A DNA stretch of 53,904 nucleotides, counting the filler, from Basidioascus undulatus (taxonomy: Eukaryota): the NCBI GenBank assembly GCA_000826855.1. It is 4 parts of 4 records of this genome, joined end to end, with 100 filler letters (N's around TTAATTAATTAA, not from the genome) between each part and the next. Parts side by side here need not be neighbours in the genome. Positions count along the whole stretch, not along the records: positions 40,518 to 53,904 come from JTLS01000817.1; 3 more parts are not named here. One strand, 5' to 3'. The notes under the pieces were generated by a model. It was not told where the DNA came from and did no database searches. It saw only the letters and a list, made by a program, of their open reading frames with translations. Made by a program: the position numbers and the translations under genes. This document shows, one piece after another, positions 41,773-53,904 of this stretch. The first letter of the stretch is position 1. Every line of letters starts with the position of its first letter.

Positions 41773-44723
41773 GGGCCACGGCGAGCACGCCGAGTGCAAC
41801 GGCGAGAGAGTGAGTTGGGGATGAGATGCTAGAGGTGGTGGTGGTAGTAATTGTCCGAGGAGGGGCGGGTCTGATCTGGGACTCGTGGTGGCGGCAGGGC
41901 AGTCGGTTGGCAGCGCAGGGCCCACCGGGAGTTGGCCTTGTCTAAGTACTCTGTGTGCTTATGGCATGGCACTTGGCGGGGATCTGCCTCCCCGTGGCCG
42001 ATCTCTCGGTCGCCGAGGCTCATGAAGGGGGCCATGCAGTGTCAATGACGAGGGCTTCCGCAATGCAAGACGCCCTCCGCGTCGGTAAAACTTCAATCCA
42101 CGGCCGAGCCGCTCGAGTTCTGCACTACTCTTGCAGTAAATAGTAGTACTTGTATACCTCAATCCTATTCGCGAGTACAACGCCCTCTCGTCTGTCGAGG
42201 CGATCAACATGCCTAGGCATCATCTACTATCATTTACAGGTCCGGTGGAGGCCCGTCCTCAAGATCCTGGCGACCGAGCAACCTCCACGATGCTGGTGTA
42301 CGCTCAGCCGGGTGCCCTAAGCAGCTTGCCCTGAAGGGCCAGTTGTTCTTGAACTGCCTCCGTCCACTTTCACAGTGAAGCAGAAAGTATGCAAAGTCTG
42401 CTATTTACAGTCCCACGCGGCCGTACTCGTACTCCGCACACACACCGGCCGCTTAGACAGCACGGAATGCCACCCATTTATGCACGTCCTCTTGCGTTCT
42501 CCATGGCCTTCCGGAGGCACAATGTCCGTCTTGTAAGCTGCGATATCGTCTGACGAAAAGTGATGATGAGCTGTGAGCATCCCACAAAGCTGCCGAAACC
42601 TTTACCCCGCATGCTGCATAATGAACTGTCAAGCGCTTTGGTCCCTGATCAGCTCGTCTCTCCCTCGAGTCCATCGTGACCGCGCGCGTAATGCGTCCGG
42701 CCAGCTCCTCTGTGCTAGCCTGTGCAGCTGCACGAGCCGCACAGAGCCTTCAAGATTCAGGCCATGAACAGCGCTATCCCACCCAAGCGTCTATCGGAAC
42801 CGACGTGCCCTTCCGTGAACGCCCGCCCGGGTCTACGGAGGACAGAGCTTTAAGTTGTTCGACCTTGAACGGTCTCGTCTCGTTAGCCCCACTATGTACC
42901 ATGCATATGAGGCGTTGAGCCAAGTCGCGCGTAAGATCAGTCTGTCGCTTGTGATGAGAAAACAGCGTCACTCGCCGTGGACGACACTTTCTTGCTCCCC
43001 CCGATCATGAGGGAGCGGAGCATGCATCAGGGACAGGCACAAGCACTTGCCGTCCGCACATGAAACTACCTGGTATCTTACATTGACAACCAGAAGTGGT
43101 ACATGTGCGTGTCGATACTCATCCTTCAGCTTGATGTCTGTGCTATCATGTTGCCTCTTGGCTATCATGTTGCCTCTTGGCAGCATGCAGCCGGCGAAAG
43201 CGATTCCACTCAAGTCAATGCTAAATTCACGACTGCTAAGCAATATCAGATAAGCAGAACCACAAGAAAGTTATTGAGTCGTCAAGCTTGATAGGCAATC
43301 TCTGCTCCGCCACCGCCACACTGCAAGCAACACGCGGCAGCCATGATTCGTAAGTGTGGCTGGCAGCAGTGGCGGCAAGGCCACTTTCTACTCGGTTCCA
43401 TCCGCGGCATCTCGTCCCGCAAACTTTGGGCTCGAGGGCCTCACAGCATCCTTTCGTCGCGAACGTCATATGGGGAATGTTCATGGCTATCATCGGTGGG
43501 ATGTAGTTGTCCCAAGAAGTCGAGCTCTTTTGCCGTCCCGCAGTCGTAAATATGAGGCTGGGCAAACATCCTCTTCCAGCAGTCGGGCGTTTTCGTTGAC
43601 TTCCCTCCGTGAAAGAGAGGTCCACTGTATACCAATATAATACAGGCCTGTTCTACGCAGATGTTCTGAACACAAGACAACCAACTGGCCCATTCCTTAG
43701 GTGGAATGCCATTTCACTCACAGTGTCACTCTTTAGCCCGACTGCATCAGTCATGCACCGATGCAGTCGAAAAAGAATAATGGGCGGCTGGCAACCTTGA
43801 CTGGTCTAGGATGGTTTCCTTGAAGGTTTTACGATAAAATATGCTAACAGCACTAGCACTGAGGGTGTCCTGTTTGCACTCTGCGCCGCTCTAGACGCAA
43901 TGCGGTCGCGGAGCGTGGGCAGTTACTCGCGTTTGCAGGTCTTCAAAAGGAGGATCATCAGATACGCGACACGCCACAGTCATACACATGGCTGTGAAAT
44001 GCTAAGTTGGCTGATTTCTGAGAAGAATGGAGGGCGGCCTAGGCTCAGACAGCTTGCAGTGCCATCGGTGTGGTCAGTGTGGAGTGTAGGATTGTGGTCC
44101 AACACTCGCGCCTGGAACAATCTACTACTGAGCCTTTCTATGCTCAGGTTGCAGGGGTACATTATGTTGTAATATACAGTTCACTTCCGGGACAGACGGC
44201 AGCTAGCCAACACGTTCTGTTAGGCCTGTCGAATTGGGCAGGCGGCCGCAAAACTCAACGTCGCAACTGCCCGCACATATTCACGTGTTCCGGCATTTCT
44301 CTCTTTTAAAAACAGTCTTTTTCAGTAATCCCAAAGATCTGGAGAGGCGTCTCGTATACCCAGGTGAGCTGCTCTACAGCAAGCCGACAGCAGCTCATGT
44401 CAGAGAAGGCTGTTCACCGCCCGTGAGCCTGCAGGCTCAAACCTGGATGACAAAGAAGCATGTGAAATGAGTCTAGTTAACCTTGTGATGAAATGTAAAT
44501 GTTCTAGCGGCTCAGACGAGCAAATGTGAAATGTATGCGGGCGTCAAAGTCAAACACCCAAGCCGCGGCGACGCGTCGAAGCAGACTGCGCGTCGCCTGG
44601 CTCTCTTGCCTCCCACCACCACCTCCTCTTGCTCCCGTCCACTTGTCTTCCTCGGCAGCGACGATTTCTTGCTTACACCTTGGATTTAACCCGGTCACAC
44701 GCAGTCCATACTCAGTATTCTAC

Positions 44724-46067
44724 ATGTTTCCTCTTCTCCGTTTCCCACCGGAGCTCGTCGAGATGGTGATCGCGTACGCCCCGGAGTCGTTCGCTATCCT
44801 CTCTCGCGATTTTCGCGCTCTCGCTCTGCGGCACATCTTCGCGGGCTGTCTTGATCTTAATCCTCATCACTTCTCAAAGCGGAAGGGACGCAGCTTTTCG
44901 CTCCCTCGCGAGATCCTGGATCTCAACCCGGCGCTGGCGGGCTTTATAAGGTGCGAGCTGCTTGAGGCGATCCAGAATTGACTCCCATTGAGCAAACGCG
45001 TGCTTTCAGATCTGTCAGCGCGCGGAATATCCTGCCTCCCCCGGGCCATCCTGAAGAGGTGGACGTCCTTGAGGTCTTGTCGCGCCTCCATTCGCTCTGC
45101 TCCATAGAGCTCGCTATCGACCTCGGGACTTCCCACGGACCGGCGCCTTATCGGGCCGCCGAGCGGTACACTCGAGACGTGTCTGTGGCGATCGACCGCC
45201 TCTTCCGCGTCCTGTCCAGCCTCCCGCACTTGCGGACTATGGAGCTTGAGCTTCAAGCCGGCGGCGAGCCCCTCGCGCAGCGTGCGCCGCCTCCCTTGCG
45301 TGGTCTGCGGAACCTCGACCTCTACTGGTACGACGAGTCCGAGCCACGCACGGCCACGTCTCCTCCGATCGGCACGCATCCAGCCTCGACTTCGCCAACG
45401 CTGCTGAGGATCGTTGGCCCATCGCTCTCGTCCTTAGAGCACCTCCGCCTGCACATTCCGCGCGCGACGCGGCTGTTGATTCCCGATCTGGCCGCCGCAG
45501 ATTTACGCGAGCTTCGGCTGGAGCTCGACGGCGGGACGCACAGCCACGTCTACGACGTATGCCGGACGTTCCCCAGGCTGTGCAAACTCACGCTGTGCTT
45601 CGGCACCCACGAGATCCCGTTCCCATGGCAGGTAAGCCTTACTCTTCTGGTATATCTGGAGTTTACCGCTGCTCACATGGCACCACGACTGGCAGGACTC
45701 CTACATCGGATCACTAGCGCAGCTCACCCAGCTCGTCTGTTTCCGAACCAACTTCGACCTCGACTATTCTTCGCGCGACCCGCCCAACCTCGAGCTCGAA
45801 CTGGACGATGCCGGTTTCCGTCTCTGGGACTGGCGCTCGCTCGCCCGCCAGCGCGCGAAGGTCGAGGTTCTTGCCCGCACTCTAGCCAACTTGGGGATCA
45901 TCTCGTGGTCACGTCCAGGGTTGGAGGAGAAGCTGCTCGACGAGCCGGACTTCGGCGCTGCAGCTCATCCAGACACGTATATTGTGCAGCATCGCCAAGG
46001 CGGAGGGGTTTGTTTCGAGAGATGTGCCTGGAGGGACCTTGTCGAGGGGGATTTCCGAGAGTTGTAG
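44724..46067 (+). CDS. F-box-like / leucine-rich-repeat-like hypothetical protein (3 exons)
   Basis: LLRFPPELVEMVIAY N-terminus, LPHLRTMEL, LSSLEHLRL, FPRLCKLTL repeats; introns at about 44951-45009 and 45631-45696; TAG at 46065-46067. Confidence 0.7.
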
Positions 46068-46812
46068 GCTGGCTTTGCTGCGTCGTGGCGCGTTTCTGGG
46101 CTGTTCACTATCATTTTCGCGCAATTTGGACGCTTGCTTAGTGCCGCTATGAGGACTGCAGTAGGCGAAGCGTATGCTCGGAAATGTTCAGTGGAGACAC
46201 AGTTACGAAGAAAGGCATCCTTCAAGTTCCTCAGCCATAGAAGAGACAACAACCGTGCTCAAGGGCGAGGACTTTTGCTCGAATCCAGGTTGCCTGGGAA
46301 TCTGTTCTTTCTCATGCCATCAATATTCCCTTGGGCCTCAGGCCGATCGATGTTGGATTCAGCAACCGCTGAGGAGACCGGCATAACGCACTGAAACTGC
46401 CCCTCCGTTCGCGGATGCTGCGCTAGTAAACGAGCGATTCGACGTTCCCCAACACAGAAATGGAGTTCTCTAGAGAAGGCTCATTGAAAACATCAGACGC
46501 AGTGAATATAGTGGTCGAAGAATTGAGAGGCTTGAACAAGAATTGACTCCCGAGTATCGGCACGTTGTCCCTTCGCAGGGGCGATCAAAATGCCCGGGCT
46601 GCGCATGCTCGGAAGCAGTTGTGTGTTGATCCTTTGTGTACTCTCCAGGCTAGTTGCCTCTTCTGGTGGTGCGGTTATGGCCTGGTCGTTCCCTTGATCC
46701 AGCACTCGCAGTTATATCCTGGCGGAATGCCTTAAAAGGCTTGTCTGAAAATGCAGCTCGAGCCTCACAAACCTGCCTCTCTCTTTCTCGTCCACCAAGA
46801 ATCTCCACTGTA

Positions 46813-48762
46813 ATGAGAACATCGGCCCTTCTCTCCCTTGCTCTGCCCATCGGGTCCTTGGCCGCCTCTGCCAGCGAACTGGAGTCCGCCCTAGAGGCTG
46901 TCCTCCCGCTCCTGCTCCCGGACTGGCGCTCCCTTCGGACAGCCCAGGCCATTGCAGCTTTGGGTCAAGCGTAAGTTTGTTTCAAATTTTTCTCAATGTC
47001 GCTATGCTCATTAACTCCCCGAGCAGGTTTCTCCCACCCAAGAACGAGATCCAGGCGAACTCGATCAACTCAACGCTCTTTACGGAAGACATCGTCGGAC
47101 GGGTGGACGTGACTACCAACTTCATTGGTCGGGAGCTCAACACAGAGGTCAGTATCACCTCAATTTGGCCTGTAGTCAAATAACTGCCTTGCTGACTTCT
47201 GCTGTGTGCGTTGGGAACCCGTGCCTTGCAGTACATTTTCGGTGAGCTTGGCCCAGGCTTACAGCCCCTGCTGCCTTTGTACTTTGTGAAGACTAACCAT
47301 TGCTGAGATTCACTTCCAGGCTTGTTCTATTCTGCACTCAACGACTCCTTGACCGAGTCGACTTGGTTCCCCTCGCCGGTATCGAACGAGATTACGTCGC
47401 TGGTCATGTTGGTCAAGTTTTTAGATCCTCACCCGCACCTTTCCTTTCCGGTTAATATGAGCTTACGAGATCATTTCTGTTCGTAGTCAAGGGCAGCGCG
47501 CATTTGTGACGAACGTCAATCAGTTTAAGTGGTCGACTATCGACCTCGTTCTTCCTGTGCATATCGATGCGACCTTTTTCGTGGACGGTAACGGGCAAGT
47601 TAGCGAGGTCAGTACCTCGAACGGCCTCAGAAGCCATGTCATAAGCTTACCATTGTGCTGTGCCTCATGACAGTATGAGTACGCCTCACTCAGACTCCCA
47701 TTTTGTCCAGACGGCATAGAGCTCATAACACTATCGGCAGCATTACCTTCCGCCGGTTCGCTCGCGTCTTGCCGATTGCTATGGGTCAACTGCTCCCCAT
47801 ATTCGCTCAAGAGACCGGCCTCCCGCTCCCGCCTCGCTTCCAGAGCACTAGCAGTCTGAGCACCCCAGACTATGACTACCATTCGGTCGAAGCACAAACG
47901 ATTCTTCGGGCGCACTCGGCTGCGCGTATCTGTGCCGTGCACGAGGACTACTGCACAGGGGAGTTGGCTCAAGTAAGTTCACCACTCAAGCCCGAAGAAT
48001 GAGTTCGTAGGGTGAAGAACTGACAAATTGGATGGCTGGGGAATTCACAGTATGGGAGCTACGACGCCTGCTACAGCTTCCTGACGGAAGAGCGAGAATT
48101 CGGCGAGCCCTATCAGCTCGGAGAAGGTAAGGTGTTGCGTTTAGGGTTGTGAAAAGGAGATGGACTTTAACGGAAACCCCACACGCAGATACGGTCGCCT
48201 GCCGCTACCTGCATAAGGGCATGCTCAAGAAGTACGTGCCTATTCCTCACGCAAGGTGTAGCGGAGTGTCTCCTTATGCATCTACTTATGCTTTGGTTGG
48301 TTATTGCCTTCCAGTCGCCCTTCGGTGCATTGTCCCCATATCGGCCCAACCGGTGGTGACATGTGCGTCGCGCCTATTCCGTCTTCCTAAGCTTGCCTTG
48401 GCCGACTTTGAGTTTCCTGCTTCAGGTGCATTCCCCGAGACTACACGTTCGTCGTGAAAGAGGACCTATATCCCGTCACTCTTGTCGGAATTGATATGGC
48501 AGCCGCCACCTCCGCCCTCACCCTCTTCGGACCCGACGCCTCGACCGCCGTGTCGTCTCTCCTGGCCGAGCTCAGCCCCTCGGCCTTGTCCGACCTTTTC
48601 TCGTCCGCCGACCTTTCGTCTCGCTTTCTCGACATCGACATCGCCCCTCTTGCACAGAAGCTCGACCTGCCTTCCGCACTGTCATCCAACCAATCGTCGC
48701 GCTCGTCTTCTGGCCAGCTCAACACGACCCTGGCATCACGAAGCTTCGCCGACCTGGCTTAG
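46813..48762 (+). CDS. Secreted conserved fungal protein of unknown function, many introns
   Basis: Signal peptide MRTSALLSLALPIGSLAA; SINSTLF..GRVDVTTNFIGRELNTEY, ICAVHEDYCTG, DTVACRYLH, RPSVHCPHIGPTGGDMC blocks. Confidence 0.75.
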
Positions 48763-49938
48763 TCCGTTCACGGGACCCGGGACGGCCAAGGCCTTCCAAG
48801 GCGGAGTTTCTGGGACTTTAAGTTGGCGGCAATGGGCGGGGCAGTCAGTGGAGCGCTGTTGACAATGGCCGCAGTGTGGGCAATACGAAAGCCGGGAACG
48901 GCGCAGTACGAAAGGCTGCCGATATCGAGTCGTTGATAACGTACAGAGGAGTCTGATGACAATGTTTAAATATTTGCCCCCGATAGATTTATAGAACGTA
49001 CTTCTTCATCGCGCCTCTTGCGGGCGGTTCCAGGCGGCAGTGTGCTGTGCCTTCGTTCCGCACCTCCAGTCAAGTTGCGCATATATAGCGCTATAAGCCA
49101 TTGCAAATAAAGGCCGAAATACACATGCATATTCATTAGAATGCTACTACGAGTGACGGCCGGTTGGAAGGCATGCAGGCAGTCTCAGGATTTCAGCCGG
49201 CTATCTGTGGAATGCTTCGCGGGACATGCCGCCATAAGCTTGGCGTGGAAGAAAATTCCTAGAATTTCAAGGATTTGTTCACTTTCGCCTGCTTTCAAAG
49301 CCAGCAGCGTCTGCGTTTACTCTGCCAAACTGCTGGCACATTGTGCTGCAGAACTGAGGACCTCTGAGTCTCATCGGAACTGGCACACAGGTTCAAGTGG
49401 AAATTTCCCTCAAATAAAACTGAACAATACAAAGGAATAAATCAATTCATTACATCAAAAATGCGAAGAGCAGACCTGCGCCTTTTGCTCGAGCGGGGGT
49501 CTCTAGCTGATCAATCTTGGCTGAACTTGACAAGTAATGGCAAGGGTAGGATGGGTGCTGAAAGCAGTTTTTAATAACCAAAACCAACTAACCAGGGATT
49601 CCTTGAAAGCTTATACAGCTAGACGGACGAATCGATTCAAGTCGCAATTGGTTGGACCGTCCGATCTGCAAACACGGTGTCGACCTTGCCCTGATGCTAC
49701 CTTCAACAAACGCTACTGCATCAAACTCCACGACAATATTGAGGCTTGTTTGAAGCCCGCTAGGTCACAATAACTCGACGATGTGTGGGCGCAGTTTGGC
49801 GCTGCCGCAGTCTTTTGTGCACTCACATGCCGCGCTTGACGCGCTCATCAACCACACGTCACGATACACATTCCTCGATAATACCAGTCCGCCGTCTTTG
49901 CGCTTACCACCATCTGCTATACGCCTACGACGTACGGC

Positions 49939-51714
49939 ATGACGAGCACAGACAATCTCCCTCTATTCATCGCGTACGCGGCCCTCGGCGCTCAGGCTGT
50001 CGGAAGCGTGTACGTTGGCAGCTGGGGGGGTCTCAAGGTGCGCTTCCTCCTCTACGTTTGATGAGATGTGATCAATGACTGATGACGGGGCATGGTGTTA
50101 GACTCCGGCTGCGACCAAGAAGATTCTGAAAGCGCAGCGCAAAAAGAAGGCCATTGCCGGCGAGGAGGAGGAGAGCGACTCGGAGGATGAGGAGGAGGAC
50201 ATCGCCGAGAAGCTCACGTCCAGCGACGCGTACTGGTTTCCCATCATGGGCTCGTGCGTGCTCTTTTTATATTCTTCGAATGGGCCGGGGTATGCTGAAG
50301 GGACACCTTTTCTGTGATTCTAGCTGCGTCCTCGGCGGACTATACCTCCTCTTCAAGTACCTCTCCCCCGAGCTCCTGAACACTCTGCTGGGCGGATACT
50401 TTGCGCTCCTCGGCTCGCTCGCTGGCGGGAAGCTCCTTTCGTCGGCCTTCGCGAACTTCCTCGGCAAAGAACGTTACCGCTCTACGTTTACGCGCTGGAA
50501 GGTTCTTCTCCTCAAGGGCAAGGAGGGTGCGTCGCCTGCATTTCCGGCGAACGCCTCTACACCGGACTGACTGCTGGTGGGTTGTCGCTGGGCACGCAGA
50601 GGAGCTCCGCTTCCCATTCACTATCCCCTCGATCGTCCTTCTCGGCCTATCCTTCGTCCTCTCCGTCAGCTACCTCGCATTCGACCGTCCCTGGCCGCTG
50701 AACAACTTCCTTGGGCTTGCCTTCTCGTTTAACGGCATTAAGCTCATCGAGCTTGACAGCCTGGCGACGGGGGCGATCTTGCTCGCTGGCTTGTTCTTCT
50801 ATGACATCTTCTGTGCGTCTCCGATGCGGATTCCTATGCATCACAGATCTCTACTGACCATGCTCGCACTCGCGCAGGGGTCTTCTTCACGCCCGTCATG
50901 GTGTCGGTTGCCAAGGGCCTCGACGCGCCCATCAAGCTCGTCTGGCCCAAGGACGGTGGGCTCTCATCTCTCGCGTGGCTCGCGCGCCAGCTCCGCCTAT
51001 CTGGCGACTGGATCGACAAGGCGGGCGAGCACGTCGGCAAGTCGGGCTTGACCATGCTCGGGTTGGGCGACATCGTTATTCCTGGTGAGTTTTGCGACCG
51101 CACGCTACTCCCCCACGTTTACTAACACATCTTTGCGTAGGTGTCTTCGTCGCCCTCACTCTCCGGCTTGACCTGCACCTAGCGACCCTGGCGTACGCGC
51201 AGTCCTGTGCGCGCGCACGCGGCACTACCCCACCGACCGCCTCCTCGCCATTCCCCAAACCGTACTTCACCGCGACGCTGATCGCGTACTTCCTTGGCCT
51301 CCTCGTGACCGTCACCGTGATGCACACGTTCAAGGCCGCCCAGCCCGCGCTGCTTTACCTGAGCCCGGCGTGCGTCGGCGCCGTCGCGCTTACGGCGCTC
51401 GCACGCGGCGAATGGTCCACCGTGTGGAGCTGGAAGACCGAGGAGGACAAGGATGAGAAGGGCAAGGAGTGCGTCGCGCTCGAGGAGGACCACCAGAAGA
51501 AGATCGTCGACACCGTGCCGACCAGCGCGCCGATCCCCGCCTCGTCGGCTGCGGCGCTCCAGGTGCCCGAGGTGGATGACGGGGCGTCGACAAGCGAGGC
51601 GGACGAGGTGCGACATTTTCGACTTTCGCGCCGGCGAACCCGTGCTGACAGATGTGTATTCAGGCGGAGGGCAAGTCTACCAAGGCGAAGAAGCGCAAGA
51701 ACAAGAAGAAGTAG
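49939..51714 (+). CDS. Signal peptide peptidase (peptidase A22B, YPF1/HM13 family)
   Basis: GLFFYDIF/W, LDAPIKL, LGLGDIVIPG and QPALLYL motifs; multiple TM helices; C-terminal KKRKNKKK*. Confidence 0.95.
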
Positions 51715-51894
51715 CGGTGACGCTGGCCAGGAGGAGTCGGTGCCGCAATGGACAACAAATTTTTTCGCGTTCGTCGCATAAATGTATTGATACCTGATCG
51801 ATGTTCTAAGATGTGCACATGCTTGAACGCCTGCTTTCCTGAAAGAGCACCGAAGGACAGACTATAGGTACGACGAGAACAGCGAGATCCATCA

Positions 51895-53904
51895 TCATTG
51901 CTCCATCGCCCCTCCGTCCTGGTCCTCATGGTAGATCCGCATCACCTCCTTGTGCCAGTCCTCAAGCCCTGCCTCATCGATCATCCGCTGCAGCCGCGCA
52001 TTCTCTTCCTGAATGTCCTTGAGCAGCGGAGCGACGTCCTCGTCGCTGAAGCGCGCGGCGAGGTCCGTCTCGGTAAGCTTGCAAATCGTTTTGCGTGGAG
52101 CGAGGAACAGCGCGGGAGGGTGGTCTGCAAAAAGAATCGATCAGTATCTGTGCAGCAGTCGCGGAGACACAAGCGACGACAGCGTACCGGATTCGGAAGC
52201 CACCCGCAAAGTCTGGTACAGCGCCGTCTTCCGGAGGTTGTCCGCCAGCTGCGTGTCCGTCAAGCCAGCAGTGTTTTGCAAAGCGTGCCAACTGCAGCGG
52301 TATGAACAGAAAATAAGCTTAGCGTGTCGACCAGCCCGCCATGAGCAATGCTACGTACTCATCGCGGAGCAAAACGCGGCGCCACACGGCTTGGAGGTTG
52401 GCGTGAGCGCGGCGGGGAGGCGTGTCCTGATCGGCAATGTCCGCGTCAGATGCAGCTAACAGATAGCGCGCCGACAACGAAGCGCACCTTCGCGCGAACG
52501 CAAACGTCCAAAGCGCTGGCGTAGTCAGTCGCCTCGTCGCCAACGTTGTCCTTCAGCGTGAGGAGGTCGACAAGGTCCTCAGCAGAGAGCGCGTTCCCCT
52601 CCAACAAGCGACCAACGAGCCTCGAGAAGAGCTGGGGAGTCACGCTTGTAAGCATACCGGCGGAATGAGCACTTGAGAGATCCGAACCGCTGACTCACAG
52701 ACCGCAGCGCGGGAAACGATACATCGCCCAGCCGCGACGCAGCGGCGACCGTGATGGCTTCGCTCCGGGCAGCACTGTCGAGGCGGGTGACGTCCGGTGC
52801 GACCTGGCGGAAGAGCTCGACGAGCTTGCCGTGCACGCTGACGAGGTCGAGCCGGTCGTCGATGACTGCCGCGACCCGCTAAGCTCAGCGAACGTGCACA
52901 CAACGGAAAGGAGGCAGAGCACACGCACGCTCGATGTCCTGCTGCGCCTTGTCGCTCGCGAGCGTCTCCTCCGTCAGCTGCGCGACGTACGTCAGCTTGC
53001 TGATGCTCAGCATGAGCTGCCAAAGTCCATGTTCACGAGTCAGCCACCGTCCCCCGGCAGGGTGTAGGGTGAAGGGGAACGTGTCGCGGTAGGGTTGGAC
53101 TCACCTGGCTCTGCGCGAGCTTCGCCTCCTTTTGCGACTCCTTGAGCAGCGTCTGCGTCGCGTGGTCGTAGCGCCGAATAGCGAGGTCGTGGATCCACGC
53201 CACGCGCCCGTTGTCCGTCGCGTCGAGGTACTTGAGCAGGAGCCACCCGTATGCCTCGTCCTGCTCCAGCAGCGTCTGCAGCTTGCCTGTGTATCCGCGG
53301 CGGCGGTTGTCAGCGTCTTTGAAGCACAAGCGACGTTCTGGGAGCGGGCGACGCACCGTTTTCCAAATACCACTGGTACAGCTCGAATGCGAAGTCCAAC
53401 GCGTAGCGGTCGAGGTAGAACTTGACGCGCCTCGGCGAGCCGATGCGCTCGTCCGTGCAGAGCTCCGTGAGGATCCGGAACGCACGGTACCGCTCTGCGA
53501 GATCGAACGCGTAGTCGGGCTTGCCGATGTGTACTGCGCGGATTGCATGTCAATGACTCGTGCCGTAACATGCATGCAAGGGACGAACCCAGAGGATGGA
53601 TGAGTTGCGGGCGGAGAGCGTGGTACCGGTCCGTCAGCGCCGCAAGGTCCCGCTCAACCATGCCAGAAGCCGACAAGTTGCTGTGGGAGGGCCATCGCCT
53701 ACTATAAACACCGACCACCAAGACATACGGAAATACGCACGCATTGAAGTACGCCGACCGCTCCTCGAACGCCGCCATCGCCGCGTCCGCGAGCTCGCAC
53801 ACCTGCCGGCGGAGCTCCTCCTGCTCGATCTGGCGCTCCGCAAGCGCGTCCGCGCCCGCGCCGAGCGCGTACTGCGCCTTGGTCGCGTCGTCGTTCGCGC
53901 TGCC
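51895..53904 (-). CDS. NUP133: Nucleoporin NUP133, C-terminal part, 5'-truncated
   Basis: AFDLAERYRAFRILTELC, FAFELYQWYLE, VAWIHDL, LMLSISKL, LSAEDLVDLLTLKD motifs over several exons. Confidence 0.8.

Noticed and set aside
43142..43181. Short tandem duplication (GCTATCATGTTGCCTCTTG x2); similar ones near 4217, 6521 and 9325
   Set aside because: Two-copy slippage duplications without spacers; not CRISPR or a repeat array.
42900..43650. Short minus-strand ORFs as a degenerate gene
   Set aside because: No family motif recognised and frames are inconsistent.

Overview
Eukaryotic, intron-rich, GC-rich fungal DNA that looks basidiomycete; the finer lineage cannot be fixed from this window. The window is four contigs of decreasing length (13414, 13411, 13392, 13387 bp) joined by artificial 100-bp N44-TTAATTAATTAA-N44 linkers, so gene order across linkers means nothing. 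Contig 1: KTI12, a hypothetical gene, a decayed carboxylesterase, an inverted decayed copy of the Pol II CTD heptads, and RPB1 (3'-truncated) with a long, highly structured intron. Contig 2: a Zn2Cys6-like gene, a class I hydrophobin, TRM2 and BTB pseudogenes, a CACTA transposase relic and a fungal-specific transcription factor. Contig 3: a BIR1-like 3' end, an apparently circularly permuted tRNA-Arg(ACG) gene (3' half precedes 5' half; the top finding), a GH51 arabinofuranosidase, mitochondrial uL14, MAD1 and SRC1/HEH1 that truncate each other head-on, and TMA20. Contig 4: an NRG1-like C2H2 factor, an F-box-like protein, a secreted Cys-rich protein with a possible read-through membrane anchor, signal peptide peptidase and NUP133. 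All calls come from reading motifs by eye; exon boundaries are approximate.
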